41,172 bases of DNA from Chiloscyllium plagiosum (taxonomy: Eukaryota): NCBI RefSeq assembly GCF_004010195.1, contig NC_057720.1, forward strand, positions 1,726,439-1,767,610, written 5' to 3'. Within the stretch, counting starts at the first letter, position 1. Each line of letters opens with the position of its first letter. The notes under the pieces were generated by a model. It did not search any database, was not told where the DNA came from, and saw only the letters and a program-made list of their open reading frames with translations. This document shows positions 11,671 to 23,412 of the stretch, piece after piece. The position numbers and the translations under genes are program-made.

Positions 11671-12949
11671 ACTTGCGTCAGGTACAATCTCAGTATTACC
11701 TACTTTTCAAAGATCTTTTGACCATGAATCTGAAACTCTAATCCCTAGTGACAATGTGCTGGAAATTTGAGTCTATTACATGAGTTTTCACAAATGTGAA
11801 ATATAACCAGTTCAGTTTCTGGGAATGTATCAGTGTGACCACTAAGAAATCGCTCACCAGGTATCATTTTAATTTGGCTTCTAATTATTAATACAAGCTT
11901 AAATTCAAACACTCCAACTAATTGTCAGCTGACTGCTTTTTAGGAAGATCATAGGTGGAAAATAGTCAAAAGGTACAATCTGTGGGTCAAAGTTCAAACC
12001 AATAGGGGTGAAATGAGGTGACTTCAGTTGCTGATTAATCACATTGGCTGCCAAATTGAAGATTGCCACCTAAAGTCAGTTGGACTTAGTTCTTGTCTTG
12101 AAACTGAACTCTCTTTTGTCTTGTTTCACCTTAAATGAATGTTTTTTTTTGCAAGTCTAATCTCCCTTCAGTTGAATGGCAAACTGGTACTAGCATCCAA
12201 TCCAAATCTTGTTGCTGGGCAGTATCTTTGTACAAGCATCAGGCACCTTTGTAAAAGGTATCAAACCCAGTTCTAGTAAAAGGACACTGTCCATACTAAT
12301 ATAAATTTTGTTTCCCAGTAAAATGTCTGTATGCTTGTATTTGGCAGAACAGAGGAGTGATTTATTTTGTAATTAAAGGGCACCAGTTATTGTTCATTTA
12401 CTGACACCACCCTCCTACATGTGGGCAACTACAGGGTGTTAGGTCTAGTATGGGGAGTCACCGCATGAAGTTCAAGCAGGAAGTTTTGGCTAAGATGTTG
12501 CTCACTAGTTCGTAACCAGTTACAGCTTGCAATAGTATAAGAATTTAAATTTTCAGAGGTTGGGTCACTAAATTAAGGCCAATGCACCATCCAATGCTTC
12601 TGGCTAAGGGTTCTTTTAAAATGCAGTGACTCCAAGTTTCAAGAGACTACAAAATTGGGTCACTCAGCAATTCATTCCACCAGTATTTCTCAATATTGAG
12701 ATCAGAAGTATATCTTATCTGTTAAGGCGGCCAGGATACAGTTTCACTCTGGTGAGTGAGGCAGGTATTATCCTGGAATTGTTCCCTCTGCCCTGGGACC
12801 TCTTTTGAACATCTACCTGAGGGGACTGGTTTTAAAAAAAAAAAAAAATCTGCTTAAGTTTGGCCTCCCTGCCTCTGGGCCTGAAGTTTTGGGTTTGAGC
12901 CTAATTTTCCCTTGAGGTATTATGATAACTAAATATATCCTTTTTCTAG

Positions 12950-14560
12950 TTGTTTAAAGCAATTGAACATTTTTGCTAGCAACCCTGTTATTTACTGCCT
13001 TTCCTCAAACTTCTTGGGATTAGATTCATTTCAGCCCTAGAGACTTGCCCCTCCTAAGCATGCCAATCCACTGAATCCCTTCTCTGACTCTGCTAATTTT
13101 AAGTATCATCAGTCTTCCTGATTTCTATACCCATATTATCACCCTCTCTCTAGTGACTGCTCTAAGTATCTATTTAGAACCCTACCTATCTCCTCTGGCT
13201 CCATGTGCAACTTGCCATTGTGGTCCTTCAGTGTCCCGACTGTTTCCCTCGTTATCCTTACTTTACCTGTCATTATTCTTACCACCGTTTTTGCTCAAAT
13301 AACACTCTTTTCTTGTCCCCTTCACATTGTGCTTTCCAGGGTTTTTGTTGTTTTTAAGCTTTCACTATCTGCCATAAGCCTCCATCTTTTTTATCTAATG
13401 CTGTATACTCCGCAATCTGGGTTCAAATGTTTTGGTCCCACTTTCACCTTTTTATTGAAATGTGGCTCTTTACTGTCCTTTTCTTCCTTGTGTCCCACAG
13501 TTCTGACAACTTCACTATTTTAAAAAAAAACTGGCCAAATTATACCAATCCTAGTAAATTTGGCCTTCTCCGTTTAGAACTTTGATTTCAGGCTCATCTT
13601 TGTCATGTTCTATAACAATCTTTTAATGGAATTGTGATTGCTGTCAGCAAAAGTAATCTCCACTAATATGTCGACCACTTGTGCACCTTCATTATCTAAA
13701 ATAATCTGGGACTGCCCCCTCCTTTTGGAGAGCTTTCTACATAATCAGCTTAAAGCTCTGCTGGATGCATCAAGAATTCTGCACTCTCTTAAACCCCTCA
13801 TTCTGGCTACCCCATTTGGAAGTTGAATTGCCCTGTTAATGCTACTCCTATTACTTTTCATTCTTCTGAAATTTGCCTACATAGCTTCTCTTTAGGGAGC
13901 CTGTAGTACACTCCCAGAAACGGAATTGCTCCTGCTTGGTTTTTAAGTTCTACCCATGTAGCTTCGTATGGGGAACCTTCTAAGATGTCATCCCTCCTCC
14001 TGTAATCCATTCCTGACCAAAATTTGTGACACTTTGTTTTACCTCACTCTTTCACCTAAAGACCCTGTATTTTGGAATGCTGCCCTGCTAAACTCTGCCC
14101 CCACCTCCACCATATGCAATACCATGTAATTTATGCCCTCAACGCATCTGCTTTATTCACCTGACTCCTTGCATTAAAATAAATACCATTCAACTTTGCC
14201 AAGTGCACTCTTGCCTTAATTTGTCTATAATTTTTATGCTGATCTGGCTCACTTGTTGTCTTTGTTTATCTTGCCCTGTTAAGGATTCTGTCTAGATCCC
14301 ACCCCCTACCAAGTTAACTTCATCCCTCCCTGACATTACCAGCTAACCACCCCACAAGGATGCTGGTCCCATTCCAGTTCGGGTGCAACCCATCCATCTT
14401 GTACAAGTCCCTCTGTTCCTAGAAATCTAAAGCCTTCCCTCCTCCGTCTCTAGTCACATTCATCTGGACTAACCACCTATTTCTATACACGCTTGCACAT
14501 GGCACTGGAAGTGATCCAGAGGGTTGTATAATATGAGCACCACCTACAGAAACTGTTTGT
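12950..14560 (-). mobile_element. Old CR1 5' half (ORF1 esterase-like region and endonuclease)
   Basis: Minus strand RDLYKMDGLHPNWNGTSIL (SGNH-type DxxH) at about 14355-14412, and LGVYYRLP at about 13895-13918. Confidence 0.65.
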
Positions 14561-14635
14561 TCCTTTTATTTTAGTTGAAGCTTGTAAATATTTTGTCTTC
14601 AAAGCTAAACTCCCTTCCCTCTCTCTCTCTCGTAG

Positions 14636-14712
14636 CTCATTCACCAACATCACTGGGACTTCAACCTCTTCCATCTCGATCAATGGCACAGCTTCCTCTT
14701 GGCCATGCTTGA
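14636..14712 (+). CDS. LHX8: LHX8 last coding exon
   Basis: Pyrimidine tract tcccttccctctctctctctcgtag|. Phase-1 join T|CT gives (S)HSPTSLGLQPLPSRSMAQLPLGHA*, TGA at 14710-14712, resembling the mammalian LHX8 C-terminus (HSPTTLGLQPLLPHSMTQLPISHT, recalled). Implied intron 1823-14635. Confidence 0.94.
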
Positions 14713-15100
14713 CTTCCCTTCAGTGATTTGATTTTTGCTGAATATTCAGGTTGGAAGACAAATGCAAAGTGCGTTAAATCTACGGCATTTCACTCTGCTT
14801 TTGGAGTGTTGCAGATGAAAAACTTTTTTTTTCCTGACCCTTTCCTATTTATTGGCATCTAGTGGAGCACTTTTTGTTTCTTTGATTCTGGTTGGATTGC
14901 TAATGTACCAAATGTTTACAAGTTTGTAGTGTAAATGTAATGTTAGTTTAATTGGTAAGTTATTGTTGAATATATTGAGTGTTTGCAAACAGTGTTTTAT
15001 ACAGTTTAACTTCCTTTATTCAAGGAAAGAAATTTGCGTAAGAAGTCCTGTTATCTCTCCATTCTAGTTTCTGATGCACCAATGTTGGATTCTGGACTAT

Positions 15101-15113
15101 ATTAAAAAATAAA
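15101..15113 (+). terminator. Candidate LHX8 polyadenylation signals (ATTAAA 15101-15106, AATAAA 15108-15113)
   Basis: Hexamers about 390 nt after the stop in an AT-rich, repeat-free 3'UTR, followed by GT/T-rich sequence. Confidence 0.5.
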
Positions 15114-16089
15114 AAATGTTTGTTACTGATGCCTCTGTTTCAATTACTGACTATATCATTAACCTGAAGTGTACTGATTACATTTGTGTGCATGCTATCC
15201 TGTGAGTAAAGTAATAGCTGTCAAGTTTCTAACTTAATCCAGGAGAAAAATGTCTTTGGCTGTTTAGAAGTTTTGAAGCCTAGGTCCTGCCAATTGTGTT
15301 GTAAATGCTTTATTTATTCCAATAGTGTTTCTGCTCTGTGTGAGAGCTGCTTTAAGAAAGTAAAACTAGACCCAATCTTATTGGAGAAGCATGAGCCAAA
15401 TGGCCTATCCTACTTACCTTGACCCACCTACCCTAAACATGTTTTCATTCAATTTTCCTCTTGAGTATTTGGCTGCTGTTACCTGAAAAGCCAACAGTAA
15501 ATCCTCACTTTAGTAAAGCCAGTTTTCACTGGATCTTGTTGAGTAGAGAGTTGGTTTCCTGTAGATGTTTCTTGCCCAAGAAAAAAGTGTACAAGTTGGC
15601 ATAATGTGCCATGTATCATGTGCCACTTTTGTAGCTGAAAGAACTTTCAGAATATACTGCTTGCAAACACAGCTCTTCACTATGTAGGTACTGTACATGT
15701 GACAATCAAATTGATTAATCAAATGCTGAATGATTTCAGGACTGTGGTTCCTTCAGAAGCCAATCTGTATCTTTCACTCCCACTAAGCAGAGACTGAGCT
15801 GGGAGCCAAATGTTCAGTGGATTGTTGGGTTAGCATCATTCTGAAAGATCAGAATGATAGTGAGGAATGACTTTGCGTCTGAAGATAGACTCATGGGTGG
15901 AAGTTAAAAGCAAAGGGAAGACATTCGTAGGAATGGTCTAAAGGCCCCCTAACAGTAGCTATACAGTGGGACAATAAATCAGGGGATGAAGGTATAACCA
16001 ATGCAGGCCATTAATCATACGAGGACTTTGACTTGCTGTAGATTGACCGGAAGCCATGACTAAAAATTCACTTGTGTATTTGGAGCCAT

Positions 16090-18075
16090 CTATACAGTCG
16101 TAGAGATGTACAGCATGGAAACAGACCTTTTGGTCCAACCTGTCCAGGCTGACCAGATATCCCAAACCCCTCTAATCCCACCTGCCAGCACCTGGCCCAT
16201 ATCCCTCCAAATCCTTCCTATTCATATACCAATCCAGATGCCTTTTAAATGTTGCAGTTGTACTAGCCTCCACCACTTCCTCTAGCAGCTCATTCCACAT
16301 GCATACCACTCTCTGCATGAAAAAGTTGTCCCTTGGGTCTTTTTTTTTTTTAATATATCTTTCCCTTAAACCTATGCCCTCTAGTTCTAGGCTCCCACAT
16401 CCCACTGAAAAGACTGTCTATTTACCCTATCCATGCCCCTCATAATTTTGTAAACATCTATAAGGCCACCCGTTGGCCTCTGGCGCTCCAAGGAAAACAG
16501 CCCGAGCCCATTTAGCCTTCCCTATAGCTCAAATCTTCCAACCCTGGCAACATCCATGTAAATCTTTCAAGTTTCACTATCTTTCCAATAGGAAGGAGAC
16601 CAGAATTGCACACAATATTCCAACAGTGGTCGAATCCATGACCTCCCAACACCTGTACTCAATACTCTGACCAATAAAGGAGAACATAGCAAACGCTGCC
16701 TTCACAATCCTTTATACTTACGATTCTACTTTCAAGGAGCTATGAGCCTGCACTCTAAGGTCTCTTTGTTCAGCAACACTCTCTAGGGCCTTATCATTAA
16801 GTGTATAAGTCCTGCTAAGATTTGCTTTCCCAAAATGCAGCACCTCGCATTTATCTAAATTAAACTCCATCTGCCACTTCAGGCCAGTGGCCTGTTTGGT
16901 CAAGATCCCCTTGTAAACTGAGGTAACCTCCTTTGCTGTCCTCTACACCTCCAATTTTGGTGTCATCTACAAACTTGCAAACTATATCTCTTATGCTCGC
17001 ATCAAAATCATTTCTATAAATGACAAAAAGTGGACCCAGCACTGATCCTTGTGGCACTCCACTGGTCACAGGCCTCCAATCTGAAAACAACTCTCCACCA
17101 CCACCCTCTGTCTTTTACCTTTTGAGCCAGTTCTGTATCCAAATGGCTAGTTCTCCCTGTATTCCATGAGATCTGACCTTGCTAATCAGTCTCCCATGGG
17201 GAACCTTGTCGAACACTACTGAAGTCCCTATAGATCACGTCCACTGCTCTGCCCTCATCAATCCTCTTTGTTACTTTAGAAAACTCGATCAAGTTTGTGA
17301 GATATGATTTCCCATACACAAAGCCATGTTGACTATCCCTAATCAGTCCTTTCCTTTCCAAATACATGTACATCCGTCCCTCAGGATTCCCTCCAATAAC
17401 TTGCCCACCACTGACGTCTGGCTCACTGGTCTATAGTTCCCTGGCTTGTCCTTACCACCTTTCTTAAACAGTGGCACCATGTTAGCCAACCTCCAGTCTT
17501 CTGGCATCTCACCTGTGATGATCGATGATACAAATGTCTCTGTAAGAGGCCCAGCAATCACTTCTCTAGCTTCCCACAGAGTTCTAGGGTACTCCTGATC
17601 AGGTCCTGGGGATTTATTCACTTATTAGATTAGATTAGATTACTTTACAGTGTGGAAACGGGCCCTTTGGCCCAACAAGTCCACACCGACCCGCCGAAGC
17701 GCAACCCACCCAGACCCATTCCCCTACATTTACCCCTAACCTAACACTATGGGCAATTTAGCATAGCCAATTCACCTGACCTGCACATTTTTGGACTGTG
17801 GGAGGAAACCGGAGCACCCGGAGGAAACCCACGCAGACACGGGGAGAATGTGCAAACTCCACACAGTCGGTCGCCTGAGGCGGGAATTGAACCCGGGTCT
17901 CTGGTGCTGTGAGGCAGCAGTGCTAACCACCGTGTTTCAAGACATCCGGCACTTCCTCCTCTGTAATATGTACGTTTTGCCCACAGACGTGTCTGCCCAC
18001 AGACGTGTCTGTCTGTACCTCAGACTAGAGAGTCCCCTAAGACGATCGATTGCTTGGAACCCAACGTACCTCTTT
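16090..18075 (-). mobile_element. HER1-like CR1 LINE (RT and 3' end), frameshifted, with nested HE1 SINE
   Basis: KSPGPD..YPRTLWEAREVIAGPL...PGNYRPVS, QHGFVYGKS, SGVPQGSVLGP, KFVDDTKIGG. Confidence 0.92.
17625..17933 (-). mobile_element. HE1-type SINE, young copy
   Basis: B-box ggttcaattcc on minus, V-domain-like core, (tctaa)n tail; splits the CR1 just upstream of its KSPGPD codons. Confidence 0.9.
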
Positions 18076-18099
18076 CCTGGAACTAAATGTTTATGAATC

Positions 18100-18715
18100 C
18101 ACCAAAGGGTCTGAGTATTTTGGATCTGGTGATGTGCAATGATACAGATTTAACAAACGATGTCAGTAAAACATCCCATCAGGAAACAGTGACTGTAACA
18201 TGGTAGAATTTGTTATTCAGTTTGAAACGGAGGAACATGGATCAGAAACAACTAAGGTTAAATAAAGCTAATTACAAAAAAAACAAGAGGTGGCTAGAAT
18301 GCAGGAGTTGTTTAGCAGCAATGATGGAACAGTCCATGCTCTCTGCGAAGGCTGACCTGTGAGTAGGATACTAGGGAAGAGGGTAAGCCAGCCATAGTGG
18401 ACCAGAGAGATTAAGGATAGCATCAGATTGAAAAGGAAAGCATCCAATGTTGCTTAAACCAGATTGGGGGAAGTTTGAAAAACCACAAAGACTCCATAAA
18501 GTTGTCTGGCCTGATGGAGTGTTAAAGTAAGGATATCTTGTTTAAAAATATACAAAGCATTAGTTGGACCACAGCTGGAATCCTGTCAGATTTAGGGCCT
18601 CGATGTTTAAATAATCAATGACATTGGAGGCAGTCCAGCGAAGGTTTTGCTAGACTGAAACGGGATATGGAAAAACAATCTAATGAAGAGAGATTGAATT
18701 AGTCAGTCCCGTGCT
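18100..18715 (+). mobile_element. Degenerate CR1 fragments
   Basis: ttttggatctggtgatgtgcaatga (LDLVMCN), ccatagtggaccagagagattaaggatagcat, ttagttggaccacagctggaa. Confidence 0.55.
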
Positions 18716-18964
18716 GTAAAAGAATCCATGGTGACCCTGCTAGACCCTGCATTGTGGGGTGGGGTGAGAGCAAAGGCAGCCTCCTGATGGTCAGAGGTGG
18801 TGGTAGCAGCAAGATGTCATCTCAGTGTTCAGGGCCAGTGGCAGCAAAGCTCCTCTGGCGGTAGGGTTTAAGTTGGTGCTGGGGAGGTGACATGACGATG
18901 GCTGGATGGGTCTCTTGGCGCAGTGACCTGGCAATGGAGACCATTGAGTGATAGGGATGTACAG

Positions 18965-19345
18965 CAGAGTGGCCTAACCAATATCCTGTACAGCTGTAAC
19001 ATTACCTCCCAACTCCTATACTCAATACTCTGACCAATAAAGGAATGCATACCAAATGCCTTCTTCACAATCCTATCTACCTGTGACTCTACTTTCAAGG
19101 AACTATGAACCTGCACTCCGAGGTCTTTGTGTTCAGCAACACTCCCTAGGACCTTACCATTAAGTATATGAGTCCTGATTTGATTTGGTTTCCCAAAATG
19201 CAGCATCTTGCATTTATCTAAATTAAACTCCATCTGCATCTTTTCAGCTCATTAGCCCATCTGATCAAGATCCTGTTGTAATCAGAGGTGACCTGGTTTT
19301 GGTGTCACCTGCAAACATACTAACTATACCTCTTATACTCACATC
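18965..19345 (-). mobile_element. CR1 RT fragment
   Basis: QMEFNLDKCKMLHFGKPN...LQLYRILVRPL, ending abruptly. Confidence 0.85.
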
Positions 19346-19473
19346 CTTTTGCAGGCCCTGAGTGGGGACTCCTGGTTGTAAGGCCTGTGTGCGTTTAGTA
19401 CAGGACCCAGCATAGGCAGCAGTGTTGGCGAGGTAGACCCAGTATCAGAGATGGCACCTCAAGAATATTATTC

Positions 19474-19998
19474 TTGGTTAGTCCACTTTTGGAATATTGT
19501 GTGCAATTCTGGTCTCCTTCCTATTGGAAGGATATTGTGAAACTTGAAAGGGTTCAGAAAAGATTTACTAGGATGTTGCCAGGGTAGGAGTGACTGAATA
19601 GGCTGGGGTGGTTTTCCCTGGAGCTGAGGGGTGACCTTATAAAGGCTTATAAAATCATGAGGGGCATGGATAGGGTAAATAGACAAAGTCTTTTCCCTGG
19701 GGTGGGGGAGTCCAGAACTGGAGGGCATAGGTTTCGGGTGAGAGGGGAAAGATATAAAAGAGACCTAATGGGCAACGTTTTCACACAGAGGGTTGTGTGT
19801 ATATGGAATGAGCTGCCAGAGGAAGTGGTGGATGCTGGTACATTTAAAAGACATCTTGATGGGTATATGAATAGGAAAGGTTTGGAGAGATATGTGCCAG
19901 GTGCTGGCAGGTGGGACTAGATTGGGTTGGGATATCTGGTCAGCATGGACGAGTTGGACTGAAGGGTCTGTTTCCATGCTGTACACCTCTATGTCTCT
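19474..19998 (+). mobile_element. CR1 3' end
   Basis: Begins at LV.PLLEYCVQFWSP and runs to the ctctatg tail. Confidence 0.9.
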
Positions 19999-20469
19999 AA
20001 TAGTCACACATGTTGATGGGTCAGGCATGGGTTGAAGCACAGGTATGCAATGTACGCAGGCATGGGGCTCATGGTGGAACAAAGATGGACTGTTTCAGTT
20101 AATCTTTTTATTCTTAAGCTATTCAAAATGGTGCAAGATTGTGGTGACATTTGAAGATTCTGTTTGCATTTCAGAGCAAATAATACACTAAAATATAGTG
20201 ACAATAAATCACTCAATTCATTCTATTCAAAAGTTGTTTCTCCTTTGTGGGAGACTGTAGGACCAGAGGACATAATATGAATAAGGTGTTGCCTAATAAA
20301 GACATGAGGAATGTCTTGAGGATAATAAATTTTGTGAATTCTTTATCACAGGGCTGTTAAGATTGTGTTATGGCATATATTCAAGACTGAAAGATTTTTC
20401 AATCATTAAAGGAAAGAAGGATTATGAATTGGGAGAATAAGTGGAGTTGATTTTTTGAGAATCCCGTGT

Positions 20470-21525
20470 GGATGAGGGAAGTTCAGTTATTATAGTTCAT
20501 GGATTTAACAAAGCTTTTGACAAGGTTCCATATGGGAGACTGAGGGTTAAAGCACATAGAATTGAGTGAAGGTTGGTGAGATACATCAGAAACTAGCTTA
20601 GTAATAGGATGCCAAAGGTAGAGACTGGTGTCCAGTGGTGTACCACAAGGATCAGGACTGGGACCCTTATTGTTTGTTACATACAGAAATGGTAACAATG
20701 AAAATGTTGGGGAATGTTAAGTAAATTTGCAGTCATTGGTTAGGCCACTTTTGGAATATTGCGTGCAATTCTGGTCTTCCTATTGGAAGGATGTTGTGAA
20801 ACTTGAAAGGGTTCAGAAAAGATTTACAAGGATGATGCCAGGGTTGGAGGATTTGAGCTATAGGCTGGGGTTGTTTTCCCTGGACTGTCAGAGGCTGAGG
20901 GGCATGGATAGGACATGTAGATAAAGTCTTTTCCCTGGGGTTGGGGAGTCCAGAACTAGAGGGCATAGGTTTAGGGTGAGAGGGGAAAGATATAAAAGGG
21001 ACTTAAGGGGCCACCTTTTCACACAGAGGGTGGTGCATGTATGGAATGAGGTGCCAGAGGAAGTGGTAGAGGCTGGTTCAATTGCAAAGTTTAAAAGGCA
21101 TCTGGATGGGTGTATGAATAGGAAGGGTTTGGAGGGATGTGGGCCAAGTGTTGGCAAATAGGACTAGATTGGTGTGGGATATCTGGTTGGCATGGACGAG
21201 TTGGACTGAAAGGTTTGTTTACATGGTGTACATCTCTATGGCTTTGTGACACCAAGGTTGTTAGAGTGATTAATAGTGACGATGCTATTTGTAGGTTACA
21301 GGAAGATATAGATTGTTGGCCAGAAGGGCAGATCAGTGGCAGATAGTATTTAACCCTGATAAATGTGAGGTGATGCATTTTGGAAGAAGAAACAAGATGA
21401 GAGTGTATTTAATGAATGGCAGGACACTGGGTAACTCAGAGGAACACTGGGATTATGGGTAATTAGTCACAGATCCCTGAAGTCAGCAGGGCACATGAAT
21501 AGGATCGTTAAGGCATATGAAACAT
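20470..21525 (+). mobile_element. Older CR1 RT fragment with a younger CR1 3' end nested at about 20733-21245
   Basis: MDLTKLLTRFH/SGVPQGSGLGPLLF; the host KFA|DDTK is split by an insert beginning at LVRPLLEYC. Confidence 0.85.
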
Positions 21526-22394
21526 TCCTTATTCCCAAAGAATAATATCACACCAAGGGCGCTGTTTATGATGACCTGCACAAAAGTTGAGTGAGGATGA
21601 CGATGAAATAGAGCATCAAGCAATGACTGAACACAGGGAAGCAGGGCCTGAAAATATCAAAATGCTGTACAGGGGAGCAACCTTCTGTGGTGCTGACTTT
21701 ATATTCTGTTTCAACACACACCTTACTTATGCTTCATTTATTAGTTATTAATTTTCACATAATTTCTATGTGTGATTTAAAAGCTCTTTTATGTACACCC
21801 ATGGCAAAGTTCTCCCTTGTTCCAATGTATGCACATTGGTGTAGAGTGCTGTGCTATGCTGGTCCCAGGTAATATACCAGACAAGTCAGATGCCAAACTG
21901 AAACCTGGTTTGGTGGATTTAATTTTAGCGAGGTGATCTCTCACTAAAACAAGTGACAACAAAGACGGTTTATTAATCAAAAAGAATTACTTTAAATGAA
22001 TGTATGATACACTTAAAGATTTTGAAAGTGAAATACCCAAAGAGATCTCAAAAAGTACCCCTTGTACAGTCCTGACACAGAGAATCCCCTCCTCACACCT
22101 CAATATGTTTAATTTCCATTCTGGAAAATCTGAGCTTCATTCTGGAGCTTAAACTTTCTCAGCTTCATATAACCCCTGCAGGGTTTAAGTCCAGTAGATC
22201 CAGTCTGGAAGTATTATACACTTTATTTTAATATAATCTAATGCTTTAAAAAAAAGCTTTTAAAAAAGTAACACACATAGCTAAAAGATCATTTTGCAGT
22301 TTTATTTTGGATAGTTCTACAAAGGTTTGTGTGTGAAGTTGCTCCTAAAGAAACCGGAAGTCCAGAAATTTCTAATACATCTTCGAGGACAACT

Positions 22395-22620
22395 GTTCAC
22401 CGTGTCTTACCTTCATGCAGAGGGTAGTAGAGGGTGCTGCTGGGGAAATGCTAGAAGCAGATACCATAGCAACGTGTAAGAGTCATTTAGACAGACGTGA
22501 ATAGATAGGGAATAAGGGATACGCAGGCACATGGGATTTGTTTGAAATGGCATTATGGTCAGCACAGACACAGTGGGCTGAGGGGCCTGTTCCTGTGCTA
22601 TACTATGTTCTGCCTTCTAT
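22395..22620 (+). mobile_element. CR1 3' tail fragment
   Basis: gcagagggtagt...catttagacagac...gggctgaggggcctgttcctgtgctatactatgttct. Confidence 0.6.
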
Positions 22621-22939
22621 TCTGGACATGTTGAATGAGTTAAGCAGCGTTTAATGAAGAGAGAAAGAGATGGCATTTCAGATTGATGCAGTTTTGTCTG
22701 GTATGTCTGTTAAATAGGCATGGAGAAGCTCCTGAAGGGAAGATAGAATTAGTTCCTCCAGCCCAGGAGGAGCAAATTACATACTCATTTCAGGAATAGT
22801 ATCGCCCAATAAGGTTGCAGCAATTCTGCCATTTCTTCCATCAGGTTCCAGATAAACAGTGACACTATGTGGTGAGGAGAGAGAACACAAGTCTGCTGTG
22901 GAGATTGGGAAGCCTGTTTATTTTAAACATGCAAACACA

Positions 22940-23274
22940 TGACCTTCTGACAGTGCGGTACTCCCTCAGCACTGACCCTCTGACAGTGCGGCACTCCCTC
23001 AGCACTGACCCTCTGACAGTGCGGCACTCCCTCAGTACTGACCTTCCCATGGTCTGGCACTCCCTCAGCACTGACTCTCTGACAGTGCGGTACTCCCTCA
23101 GTACTGACCCTCTGACAGTGTGGCACTCTCTCAGCACTGACCCTCTGACAGTGCGGCACTCCCTCAGCACTGACCCTCTGACAGTGTGGCACTCCCTCAG
23201 TGCTGACCCTCTGACAGTGCAGTACCCCCTCAGCACCGACCCCCTGACGGTATGGCGCTCCCTCAGTACTGACC
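22940..23274. repeat. 33-bp minisatellite, about 10 units
   Basis: Unit tgaccctctgacagtgcggcactccctcagcac; explains the 11-aa periodic ORFs. Confidence 0.95.
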
Positions 23275-23412
23275 ATCCTACCACAATAACACTGTGACTG
23301 CAGTACCTCCTGATGCTGATTCCCCAACAGTGTGCTTTGCTCCGATGACTCTTCAGTCAAACATTTTGAAATATAAATGGGCACAGGGTGTGTTTTCTGT
23401 AAAGCAGTTTCC

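Noticed and set aside
17860..17933. tRNA gene
   Set aside because: The A/B-box-like sequence is the head of an HE1 SINE; no complete cloverleaf is evident.
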